From a virus: a stretch of 64,000 nucleotides of DNA. Made by a program: the position numbers and the translations under genes. Position 1 is the first letter of the stretch; every line of letters starts with the position of its first letter. Where the stretch lies: UHGV virus genome UHGV-0018639. One strand, 5' to 3'. Below, one piece after another: positions 9,721 through 18,267 of this stretch. Under the pieces are notes generated by a model. The model searched no databases. It worked only from the letters and a program-made list of their open reading frames with translations, and was not told where the DNA came from.

Positions 9721-10983
9721 TCAATCTTTATTTTTCAAAATCAGATTGAGAATAATACCAGCTATAAGAGCAAGTGCAGTAGCGGAAATTGAAAAATCAG
9801 CGCCACCAATCGCAAGGCCGCTTATGCCGAGAGAAAGAACCGCAGAGACAATTATCAAGTTCTTTTGCTCATTCAAATCAACTTGCTGCAGCATTTTTAC
9901 GCCACTACAAGCAATAAATCCATAGAGAACAATTGCCGCGCCAGCAAAAACGCAAGCCGGGATTGAACTAATAAAAGCTTGGACCGGCACAAAGAAGCCC
10001 ATAAGTATCAATATAAATGCGGCGGTTCCGCTCACTTTCGCAGAAGCAACTTTGCTAAATCCAACACAAGCAACGCCTTCACCATAAGAGCAAGCGCCGA
10101 GTCCGCCAAGTAAACCACTAACAGCATTTGCAAGTCCTTCACCAGCAAAGATACGGTTAAGGCCGGGCTTTTTGTAAAGATCAATACCAATTATATTACT
10201 GAGCGCGGCGTGATCGCTAAGAGCTTCCATCATTGCACTTATAGTGTAAGCAATAAACAAAATTATAAGAGGAATAAGCTGCGGCAGTTCAATAAATTTG
10301 CCCCAATCAACGTGAGAAACCGCGAGGTCAGGCAATGCGAAAAGGGCCATATTTTCAAAGACGTTAAAATCGACAACAGGAAAAATCTTCGTGATTGTCA
10401 GAATAATTGCATAAATATAACCAACTAAAGTGCCAAGCAGGAACGGGAGAATCTTTATAATTCCTTTCGCATAATGTGAAAAGAGTGCAATTGCTATCAT
10501 TGTGATGATAGCTACACTAACGCCCCACATATTAGTTTCGCCATTTATCTGAACATAAGTCAAGATAAAAGGCATAAGGTTAATACCTATAACAACCGTG
10601 ACTGCGCCGATCAATGACTTAGGAAAAATTTTATATATATTTTCAACAGGAACACGACTAAAGATAAGACCAAAAATTGTATAAACAACCCAAATTACAA
10701 AACAGCCAATAATTGCGCCTTCATAACCACAAGAAGTAAGTGCAATTATGATAGGAGCGACAAAAGCGCCAGAGTTTGAAATGAACATTGGGGATTGTCC
10801 TTTTGTTATAAGAATATAAGCCAGAGTACCACAGCCCGCGCCAACGAGTGCACCAGATACGGCGACACCACAAATATTAGCAATGAGCGTTGTGGCAACT
10901 ATAATTGACAGCATCATTTGTATTGAGAATAATAAAAGCTGCCCGAATGGAATTTTATCATCTAAAGAATATTTCATTACCAA
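9721..10983 (-). CDS. nucleobase:cation symporter-2 (NCS2) family permease, uracil/xanthine permease-like
   Basis: About 12 TM segments. Spacing and motifs parallel UraA/PyrP: LGYIYA, EALSDH, and GLLGGLGACSYGEGVACVGFSKV matching GFFGSTPNTTYGENIGVMAITRV. Confidence 0.7.
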   Translation of the reverse strand: MVMKYSLDDKIPFGQLLLFSIQMMLSIIVATTLIANICGVAVSGALVGAGCGTLAYILITKGQSPMFISNSGAFVAPIIIALTSCGYEGAIIGCFVIWVVYTIFGLIFSRVPVENIYKIFPKSLIGAVTVVIGINLMPFILTYVQINGETNMWGVSVAIITMIAIALFSHYAKGIIKILPFLLGTLVGYIYAIILTITKIFPVVDFNVFENMALFALPDLAVSHVDWGKFIELPQLIPLIILFIAYTISAMMEALSDHAALSNIIGIDLYKKPGLNRIFAGEGLANAVSGLLGGLGACSYGEGVACVGFSKVASAKVSGTAAFILILMGFFVPVQAFISSIPACVFAGAAIVLYGFIACSGVKMLQQVDLNEQKNLIIVSAVLSLGISGLAIGGADFSISATALALIAGIILNLILKNKD

Positions 10984-11825
10984 ATCACCTTATATTTTAT
11001 TTTATTTGTTTTAGCTATTTGCCTTTTTAGAGGGTCTTTTTCCGTCCAATTTTTTATAGCGTATTGGAAATATTTAGATGACTTGGCTTTTTCTTTCCAT
11101 TTTTTTAGTTGTTTTATATCTTCTGGATTCGATTCCTCAAAAAAATGGCCTCCATGAGTCCAATGCCTATTTAGTTCAATAAATAAATCTTCCGATACGA
11201 TATAAAAATCACAAAAGAAAGGATACCGTTTTTCATCTTTATAATTTCTCAAAACATTTTCTTTTCCATATTGTTGACAAAGTTGTAAATATAAATCTTC
11301 CTCTGGTTTGGAAATTCTAAAACTATTATTTTTTCTTTTTGTCTCAGCTTGTTTTTTTAGGGTTTTTGGCCAATCCATATTTTTTGTACGCCATTTATAA
11401 AAATTTTCTAAAGATCCATATTTTTGTATCATGGTTTTATTTCTTTGGGCTATATTATGATAATTATGAGGATCTGGCCATAAGATTTGATTTGTGGCTT
11501 TAGTTTTTTCTTTTATTTTCTCGGCTTTTGCTGGATTAGAAACCCCATATTTTTGATAACAAGTTTTTTCAGCTTTCTTTTTTACGGAATCTAATTGATG
11601 GACATTATCTACTCCGTATTTTTTTTGGCAAGTGGCTCTTCGTCTTTGGTTAGAAACTTTAATTTGAGTTGGATCACGGGGTTTCATTCCTCGCTGCCAT
11701 CCTTGCTCTAAGTATTTTTCTAGCTCTGATGATAGGACTCTTTTATTTATTTGCCCATTGTTGATAAAAAGCCCTGACGAATGAGATTGGCTCATTCGTG
11801 AGTCGCCTCCCAGTCCTGAAGCCAT
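10977..11825 (-). CDS. homing-endonuclease-like protein: N-terminal KYGV-repeat basic region plus C-terminal PD-(D/E)xK-like motif
   Basis: Repeated QKKYGVDNV / QKYGVSNP / IQKYGSLENF motifs in a Lys-rich region. The C-terminal FFCDFYIVSEDLFIELNRHWTHGGH resembles the FDFAIF..EYNGEQHY nuclease core of the paralogues at 32037, 35326, 36184 and 43476. Confidence 0.35.
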   Translation of the reverse strand: MASGLGGDSRMSQSHSSGLFINNGQINKRVLSSELEKYLEQGWQRGMKPRDPTQIKVSNQRRRATCQKKYGVDNVHQLDSVKKKAEKTCYQKYGVSNPAKAEKIKEKTKATNQILWPDPHNYHNIAQRNKTMIQKYGSLENFYKWRTKNMDWPKTLKKQAETKRKNNSFRISKPEEDLYLQLCQQYGKENVLRNYKDEKRYPFFCDFYIVSEDLFIELNRHWTHGGHFFEESNPEDIKQLKKWKEKAKSSKYFQYAIKNWTEKDPLKRQIAKTNKIKYKVIW

Positions 11826-12298
11826 TTTATTACGTCTTCAATATTATCTACTAAAACGCCGCCTTGCTTAATAAGACCAACAGTATAAAGATTCTGATAA
11901 CAGAACTGACTCTCACCAATATCAAAACGCATTATTTCGGCTTTAGCATCATTGTATGTGCGACTTGCCATACGACTATCAGTACAAATACCGATAATCA
12001 TTTTCTTGTCTCCGCGCGCAATTTTTTCGTGAAATTTGCCAATTTCTGCACTTGTTCCAGAAGGAATCACATCGCCATCAATGCAAGCAACAAGAACATC
12101 AGTTTCATCCAAGCGTGCATTATCTCCATCCGCAATCTGCCAAGAGCTTGCACATTTTGTTTTATCATTTATTTCTTTATTTTCCAGAGGATTATAGAGG
12201 TTGATTCCGGGAATAGCATCACGAATTTGTGCGCTCCATTTCTCATTTCTCATTCTATCTCCTTCACAAAAGATTGGCCCCGCCAAATAAACATTCAT
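11792..12298 (-). CDS. nucleoside 2-deoxyribosyltransferase family protein
   Basis: MNVYLAGPIF, the N-terminal NDT motif. Acidic catalytic region DVLVACIDGDVIPSGTSAEIG. The likely start is the internal Met, which overlaps the upstream gene in an ATGA arrangement. Confidence 0.65.
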   Translation of the reverse strand: MNVYLAGPIFCEGDRMRNEKWSAQIRDAIPGINLYNPLENKEINDKTKCASSWQIADGDNARLDETDVLVACIDGDVIPSGTSAEIGKFHEKIARGDKKMIIGICTDSRMASRTYNDAKAEIMRFDIGESQFCYQNLYTVGLIKQGGVLVDNIEDVIKWLQDWEATHE

Positions 12299-12696
12299 TC
12301 GTCTATATCCTCCAAATAAATTATTTTTTTCTCTAATTGCTTTGCCCATTCAATTTCACGTTTTGTGGATTCACCAATATAGCCATTCTTGTTTATTACA
12401 AAAATCATATCAGACATTGAAATTTTAGCTAGATGCATACGGTCGAGCTGTTGTTTTTCTTTCTCTGTCATTGTATCACCGTAATGCCCATAAATCTCAG
12501 GACTTAGGACAATATAGCCTGCAATTGTAAATTCTTTGCGATATTGCTGAAACAAAGGAAGAAACTTAGTACTGCCACACAATGTAATAATGGGAAACTC
12601 ATTTTGGTAGTTCCGCACTAAAATTTTATTAGTTATTTGTTGTCCCACATTCATCCTCGATTCCCATTGCTGCACTAGCTGCTTTATAGCCCTCAA
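12295..12696 (-). CDS. NDT-superfamily / DUF4406-like protein
   Basis: IITLCGSTKF parallels the hhhhaGP nucleotide-binding start. The C-terminus MIFVINKNGYIGESTKREIEWA parallels the DUF4406 W-E-S-G-E-A motif. Confidence 0.4.
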   Translation of the reverse strand: MRAIKQLVQQWESRMNVGQQITNKILVRNYQNEFPIITLCGSTKFLPLFQQYRKEFTIAGYIVLSPEIYGHYGDTMTEKEKQQLDRMHLAKISMSDMIFVINKNGYIGESTKREIEWAKQLEKKIIYLEDIDE

Positions 12697-12883
12697 TATA
12701 GCCCATTGTATGTTCTTTATTCAGCCTTTCTTGAATATTCTTATAAACTTGCGGGAATAAACTTGCTATCACAAACTCAAAAGAAAGTTCAAGCTCATCT
12801 GTGTTTCCATTATACGTTTTTTCTACTTGCTCAATTACTCGTTTTATGTGCATGAATCGAACCTTATCTAAATTTTCGTCCAT
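12629..12883 (-). CDS. hypothetical protein
   Basis: 84-aa ORF overlapping neighbours; start uncertain. Confidence 0.25.
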   Translation of the reverse strand: MDENLDKVRFMHIKRVIEQVEKTYNGNTDELELSFEFVIASLFPQVYKNIQERLNKEHTMGYIEGYKAASAAMGIEDECGTTNN

Positions 12884-13461
12884 AATTTCTCCTTTCCATA
12901 ATGTAGGGTTAAAGCGCCAAATGAATTACCTAATGCAGCAACTAAAATTTTTCGGAAGGAAATTGGTATAGAGCTTGCTGCTGAATAAAACATATTAGCA
13001 ATGCAGTGATCAAAACCACAATAAACAAATAAAAATACAGGGAGCATTATAGCAAGAAGAGACTTTGTTCGTTTGAATCCTTCAACTGCGCAATAGACAC
13101 ATACTCCGCACAAGTAGGAGCTAAAGAGTAAATTGGCATATGACATTTCTGCTTTTGAAGAAGCAACTAAATCGGCCAAAAATGGATTTACCCACCACAC
13201 CAATAAACCCAATAGTGCGGCGCCAGCGAAATTTGCAATAAGCATTATACTTAAATCAATAAGATCTGCGCCATCACCTACATAAGCAATGCGGCCAGTG
13301 TAAAGCGGAAGGCCAAGTTCTAAAATTGAGACAAGCCCAAAGCTAAATAACAATGCACCCAATATCTTATTTTGGCTAATGAGGTTGGCATATCCGCCAA
13401 CCCCAATTAGCATACCTGCAAAGAAAGCAGGAATTATATTATAGCTATCTTTTTTTATCAT
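12868..13461 (-). CDS. formate/nitrite transporter (FNT) family channel, short form
   Basis: FNT signature GFDHCIANMF matches FocA GFEHSIANMF. ELGLPLYTG matches GAELFTG. C-terminal LGNSFGAL matches LGNIVGG. Consensus promoter just upstream. Confidence 0.6.
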   Translation of the reverse strand: MIKKDSYNIIPAFFAGMLIGVGGYANLISQNKILGALLFSFGLVSILELGLPLYTGRIAYVGDGADLIDLSIMLIANFAGAALLGLLVWWVNPFLADLVASSKAEMSYANLLFSSYLCGVCVYCAVEGFKRTKSLLAIMLPVFLFVYCGFDHCIANMFYSAASSIPISFRKILVAALGNSFGALTLHYGKEKLWTKI

Positions 13462-13492
13462 ATTTATATTATACTAAAATTTTGATGAAAAA

Positions 13493-14002
13493 TCAAATTT
13501 TGAGTTCACAAATGTGCGCTTTTTCCAAAGTTTGGTGAACATCTATAAGGCGCTGATTACGAGAGCCACGGAATGGCAAAGTTAAATCACGCTGCTCAAG
13601 AATAAAAGGGCCATCTACCACAACATCGCAAAGTTGGAGTGTTGTTGAAATGCGGCGAGGGGGATTGAAATCCTCCCAGTCCAAGTGGTAGCCAGTATAG
13701 AGCCAAATGTCTTTATTAGGAAATTTTTCTTTGATTTCTCTTAACAACTTATAGATAGTATTGTTGTTTTGTGGCTCAAGTGGATGACCGCCAGAAAGAG
13801 TGATTCCTTTTATCCAAGGCTTTGAAAGAGCGTCAAATAGTTCTTCTTTCGCGGTGTCATCAAAAAGTTTACCTGCGCAGAAATCCCAAGTTTCAGGATT
13901 ATGACATTCTTTGCAATGGAGAGAACATCCTGAAACCCAAAGAACGACACGCACGCCAAGACCATTTGCGATGTCGCATTTTGTTATTTTGATATAATTC
14001 AT
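13493..14002 (-). CDS. nrdG: anaerobic ribonucleoside-triphosphate reductase activating protein (radical SAM)
   Basis: CSLHCKEC (Cx3Cx2C) cluster in VVLWVSGCSLHCKECHNPETW. Start taken as the internal Met MNYIKITKCDIANG, overlapping the nrdD stop. Confidence 0.8.
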   Translation of the reverse strand: MNYIKITKCDIANGLGVRVVLWVSGCSLHCKECHNPETWDFCAGKLFDDTAKEELFDALSKPWIKGITLSGGHPLEPQNNNTIYKLLREIKEKFPNKDIWLYTGYHLDWEDFNPPRRISTTLQLCDVVVDGPFILEQRDLTLPFRGSRNQRLIDVHQTLEKAHICELKI

Positions 14003-14982
14003 TATGATTCTCCCAAATGTAAGACACGCTCTTTTATTTCTTGGGTACGGCCAAAATTCCAAAAATTAGAGCCAATATAGCCGCAAGTACGACGTGCAAC
14101 GTTCAAGGTAGAATGATCACGGTTGCCGCAATTTGGACAATACCACTCCATATTATCATCAATGAGAATTTCGCCATCGAAGCCACATTTCTGACAGTAG
14201 TCGCTCTTTGTATTAAGTTCAGCATACATTATGTTATCATAAATAAACCTATAAAGCTCTAAGACGGCAGGAATATTGTTTTGTAAATTAGGAACCTCTA
14301 CATAGCTTATTGCACCGCCCGGACTAAGTTTTTGAAACTCAGCCTCGAAAGCAAGTTTATCAAAAGCATTGATTTCTTCAAAAACAGGAACATGATAACT
14401 ATTTGTAATATAATTACGGTCATGCCCATCGAGTTTAATAAATATATCATTGCCAAATCGCTGTTTTAGGCAACGCGCAAACTTATATGTTGTACTTTCA
14501 ATAGGAGCACCATAGAGAGAATAATCAATTTTTTCAGCAGCTTTCCATTCAGCACACTTCTCATTTAAACGTGCCATTACTTCAAGAGCAAAAGGTTTCC
14601 CATCAGTCTGTGTATGGCTATGCCTTGTCATATATTTTACGCACTCATAAAGACCAGCATATCCAAGTGAAATTGTTGAATAGCCATTATGAAGCAATTT
14701 ATCAAGCCTCTCACCTTTTTCAAGACGAGCGAGTGCGCCATTTTGCCAAAGAATAGGGGCAACATCACTAAGGGTTCCCTCAAGACGCTTATGTCTAAGT
14801 TGAAGTGCTTTGTGGCATAATTCAGTACGCTCTTCAAATAGCTGCCAAAACTTATCAATATTACCGCCTGAACTAAAAGCTAAATCTGGTAAACTAATTG
14901 TAACAACACCTTGGTTAAAACGACCATAGTATTTTGGGTTATTATTTTCATCAACATAAGGAGTTAGGAAGCTCCTGCACAT
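14002..14982 (-). CDS. nrdD: anaerobic ribonucleoside-triphosphate reductase, exon 2 (C-terminal half with glycyl-radical domain)
   Basis: Glycyl radical motif RRTCGYIGS near the C-terminus. Zn ribbon CQKCG...CPNCG. The exon boundary lies upstream of the listed Met. Confidence 0.8.
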   Translation of the reverse strand: MCRSFLTPYVDENNNPKYYGRFNQGVVTISLPDLAFSSGGNIDKFWQLFEERTELCHKALQLRHKRLEGTLSDVAPILWQNGALARLEKGERLDKLLHNGYSTISLGYAGLYECVKYMTRHSHTQTDGKPFALEVMARLNEKCAEWKAAEKIDYSLYGAPIESTTYKFARCLKQRFGNDIFIKLDGHDRNYITNSYHVPVFEEINAFDKLAFEAEFQKLSPGGAISYVEVPNLQNNIPAVLELYRFIYDNIMYAELNTKSDYCQKCGFDGEILIDDNMEWYCPNCGNRDHSTLNVARRTCGYIGSNFWNFGRTQEIKERVLHLGES

Positions 14983-15742
14983 ATTATCCCATATCCCTAT
15001 GGGTACTGACTATATCTTCATTCCACTAAAAAGTGGAGTTGTCTTCCGCTTCGAGTGAGTGCCTATCTCTCACCCTACTCCCTTACATTCATCAGGGATA
15101 GTCGATACACTTCATTCATCATAATAAAAATTATAAGGAGTATTATTTGTCCGTTGCTGTAAAAGAAAGGTCCTGATACGATGTCTATCAATACCAGTTT
15201 TACGTTCGCATTCTCTCATTGACTTATAGTGAAAACGTTCTTTTGTCTCTTTATTTTCAGCAATTATCCAAATTCCACGCCCTTTATGCGGATTTATATA
15301 ATTGTTTTCCTGATAAGCCTTTCTAATATTTTCGCTGTGAGATACGGCCCGCAAATTAGAAAGTTCATTATGTGATTTATTTCCATCAATATGGTCTACA
15401 ACTGTACAATTATCAAGAAAAACTTCCGCCATAAGGCGATGAACGCGAGTTCGTATTCGATTGCCACCAAGACAAAGAACTACGTGTTGATACATATCAA
15501 TGCCAATATATGGACTAATTATTCTTCCCGTTTTAAAATTGATTATTTGAGCATCTTCATTTATACCAAATTGATTATTCAAACTTGGAATGGGCATAAA
15601 TTCTTTCATTATCTCACCTCCTTTTCATATTTATGATATATGATGAATTTTAGCACGGCCTCATCTGTTCTAGACCTAGCCGTTAGCCGCATTTGCGACA
15701 CCCGCGGGCGCGGTTCAAAAGATTTTATATGAGCTGCAGTTT
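14983..15742 (-). mobile_element. group I intron in nrdD carrying an HNH homing endonuclease ORF (boundaries approximate)
   Basis: About 760 nt separating the two nrdD halves. Non-coding flanks are structured; the flank motif ...gggatagtcgatac... recurs in the ORF-less insertion at 23919-24132. T4 nrdD (sunY) also has a group I intron. Confidence 0.6.
15112..15609 (-). CDS. HNH homing endonuclease (intron-encoded)
   Basis: HIDGNKSHNELSNLRAVSHSEN HNH motif. N-terminal IINFKTGRIISPY is AP2/NUMOD-like. Confidence 0.75.
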   Translation of the reverse strand: MKEFMPIPSLNNQFGINEDAQIINFKTGRIISPYIGIDMYQHVVLCLGGNRIRTRVHRLMAEVFLDNCTVVDHIDGNKSHNELSNLRAVSHSENIRKAYQENNYINPHKGRGIWIIAENKETKERFHYKSMRECERKTGIDRHRIRTFLLQQRTNNTPYNFYYDE

Positions 15743-16927
15743 TCACTTACCCATACAAGGATAACAACGACCCTTACCAGTTTTGTCTTTTTTTAATTCT
15801 AACATCATTTTTTCAGAAATAATATCAGGGACAAGACGCTTTGCTGTACATTTTGCTGCAAGTTCTGTTAAGTAAAAATACTTATCGCCCGGCTGTAAAT
15901 TATCAGGTTCAAGGACATAAAGTAACTTAGGAAATGCAGGCGTAATATAAACGCCTTTTTCATTCTTGAAACCTAAAATACGTTGTTTAATAAACTCCTC
16001 TATCAGCATTGCTAATTCATTCTTATATTCTTCTGTCTCGTTTAAATACATAAATACAGAAAGAAATGGTGCTTGACCATTTGTTGTTGTCATTGAATTG
16101 ACTTGATAGTTGAAAGTCTGAACAGCATCAACAACTTCTTTTTTTGTATCAAGTTGCGCATACTTATGCGCATTCTCATCGTCAAATCCCCAATCTTTAT
16201 ACTTCTTGAGATAAGCTTCATAAGAGCTTCTAACAAAAGGTGCAAGATGTGTAAGAGTAATAGTAGCACCACCATATGAAGAAGAAGCGACGCCAAGAAT
16301 TACTTGCGTTGCAATCGTAGAAGCTGTCAGAATTCTATGCGGCTTTTCAATTTTAACGTTATTAATTACAGTACCATTTTGAAGGACATCCTCTAAGTTA
16401 ATAAGATCGCAATTATGGAGGGTCTTCTGGCCGAAATAATCAATATCGTGGAAATGTATAATACCTTTCTCATGCGCGTCCACAATCTCAGGGGGAAGAA
16501 GAAATCGTTTAGAGATGTCTTCGCTAACAATACCGGCCATATAATCACGCTGTGTCGTTACAAGGTCGGCATTTTTATTTGAATTTTCAGCGTTCCAATA
16601 ATCACTTGTACCACTGATTAGTTCAAGTAAATCTTTGTCTGTTGTATTGCCTTCGCGCGCGAGTCTATGTTTATACCTGTATTCAACATAGCGCTCAGCC
16701 ACGTCTTTTCTTGAACTAGCCATAAGCCGCTCAACTACTAAGTCTTGAATTTCTTCAACGCTCAAATCTCTATTAAGCTTTTCTATTTGAGTAGCCACCA
16801 TTCGTGCCTTATTTTTGGCATAAGATGTTTCACGTCCATCTACTTCCAAAAAGGCTTTGAGAATGGCGACTCTAATTTTCTCTTTATCAAATGGAACCGT
16901 AGTTCCATCACGTTTTATGACGTACAA
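15743..16927 (-). CDS. nrdD: anaerobic ribonucleoside-triphosphate reductase, exon 1 (ATP-cone plus N-terminal catalytic half)
   Basis: ATP-cone VIKRDGTTVPFDKEKIRVAILKAF. Conserved NrdD core GIIHFHDIDYF. Last codons before the stop are probably intron-derived. Confidence 0.8.
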   Translation of the reverse strand: MYVIKRDGTTVPFDKEKIRVAILKAFLEVDGRETSYAKNKARMVATQIEKLNRDLSVEEIQDLVVERLMASSRKDVAERYVEYRYKHRLAREGNTTDKDLLELISGTSDYWNAENSNKNADLVTTQRDYMAGIVSEDISKRFLLPPEIVDAHEKGIIHFHDIDYFGQKTLHNCDLINLEDVLQNGTVINNVKIEKPHRILTASTIATQVILGVASSSYGGATITLTHLAPFVRSSYEAYLKKYKDWGFDDENAHKYAQLDTKKEVVDAVQTFNYQVNSMTTTNGQAPFLSVFMYLNETEEYKNELAMLIEEFIKQRILGFKNEKGVYITPAFPKLLYVLEPDNLQPGDKYFYLTELAAKCTAKRLVPDIISEKMMLELKKDKTGKGRCYPCMGK

Positions 16928-16928
16928 A

Positions 16929-17129
16929 TCAATCCCTCCCCGGTTCCTCTAAATAACAAAAACGACAGTAGCCATCAATAAATTCATGAGTACATTGCTT
17001 CTGTAATTCACGATTTTCTTTTATCAGCGCAGCTACTGTATTATTTAGAGTATAAACATTCGGGGACATAATGGATTGAATTATATCATTGTTTGCTTCA
17101 ATTTTTTCGTGTATTTCTTGATTAGACAT
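16929..17129 (-). CDS. hypothetical protein (C-terminal CxxC)
   Basis: 66-aa ORF tightly packed between nrdD and the next gene. Confidence 0.3.
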   Translation of the reverse strand: MSNQEIHEKIEANNDIIQSIMSPNVYTLNNTVAALIKENRELQKQCTHEFIDGYCRFCYLEEPGRD

Positions 17130-18267
17130 ATTCTAGTTTTCCTCCTTTTAGTTCTACATTACGGGCCTCATAGAAGGCCTTGAATAGGTCATAGTTTTTT
17201 ACACGGGTTTTAGTCAAAGACAACCGCGCGTCAATCTTAGTTGGAACGTGCGGTCTTTTTGTTGTTTCATCAGGCAACGACCGGCAAAAAGCATAAACGC
17301 TATCACTATCAAGATATTCCTCAAAGATATCTCGATGGCGTGGAGACATTAGTGATACTGCATAGCAATTCATTAGGTCAATTGTTTTGTCCCATCCCAT
17401 TTTCTCAAAGTATTCTTGATCATAGCGAAATTTGATTCGAGAAAATGTGTGGCGAAAATATATAATTTGCTTGTGAATTAGCGGCAAAACGCGTTCATAA
17501 AAATCATCTTGTGAATTACATTCACGTGTAATGTCACATTCAAGTTTACTTTTCTTTTTATCCCCTGTTATATAGACATTTTCCAACATATCATTTGGAA
17601 TAAGCCCATCATAAAGAAAAGTAAAATAGTGCGCGGAAGTTGGTAAACTCATCCATTGGAGAAGAGATTCTGTGTTCTCCGCATAAACAGGAAATTTGCT
17701 TGAAACGTAGGGGTGAAAGATACCCCAATTTTTCATTTGCCTCAACAAATCTTGAACAGTTTCATATGCCCCGTTTATCTGACCGGGCGTAAAATCGTGT
17801 AGAAATAGATTTGTTTTCCCTTTGATGGAGGATGTTAGTTGTTTAGCAAATTGTGGATTTATTGTCGAGCCATTGAGCGAAAGCCGCAGATGTTGTGCTT
17901 TTGACAAGGACTCAAAAGTTCGTCCCATTTCTGTGCTTGTCTCAAATAACCGCCGCTGTGTCTGATAGATAGACGTATCAGGCGGCAAATTTTCAATTTC
18001 TGGTGGTAATTGCAGATATTGATTGTCTGAAAAAGCAAGCCCACCAGTTTCAACATTCTTATAAGCGCGGAAATCGGGGATAAATTCTCCATCATTGTAA
18101 TCTTTACGGTAATATAGCTTGGTGTAATATTCCGGCGCGAAAGAAGGCGTCAAAGAAATGATATCCCTCTTTTTGCGATAGTAAGTTGCCATCTTCATTA
18201 TTTCAAGGTTGAAGGCCGTGTGAGTAAAGTGCTTCATATCTTCATCATAAAATCCAATTGCCGCCAT
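17122..18267 (-). CDS. hypothetical protein
   Basis: 381 aa with no recognisable motif. Operon position is between nrdD and the polymerase. Confidence 0.35.
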   Translation of the reverse strand: MAAIGFYDEDMKHFTHTAFNLEIMKMATYYRKKRDIISLTPSFAPEYYTKLYYRKDYNDGEFIPDFRAYKNVETGGLAFSDNQYLQLPPEIENLPPDTSIYQTQRRLFETSTEMGRTFESLSKAQHLRLSLNGSTINPQFAKQLTSSIKGKTNLFLHDFTPGQINGAYETVQDLLRQMKNWGIFHPYVSSKFPVYAENTESLLQWMSLPTSAHYFTFLYDGLIPNDMLENVYITGDKKKSKLECDITRECNSQDDFYERVLPLIHKQIIYFRHTFSRIKFRYDQEYFEKMGWDKTIDLMNCYAVSLMSPRHRDIFEEYLDSDSVYAFCRSLPDETTKRPHVPTKIDARLSLTKTRVKNYDLFKAFYEARNVELKGGKLEYV

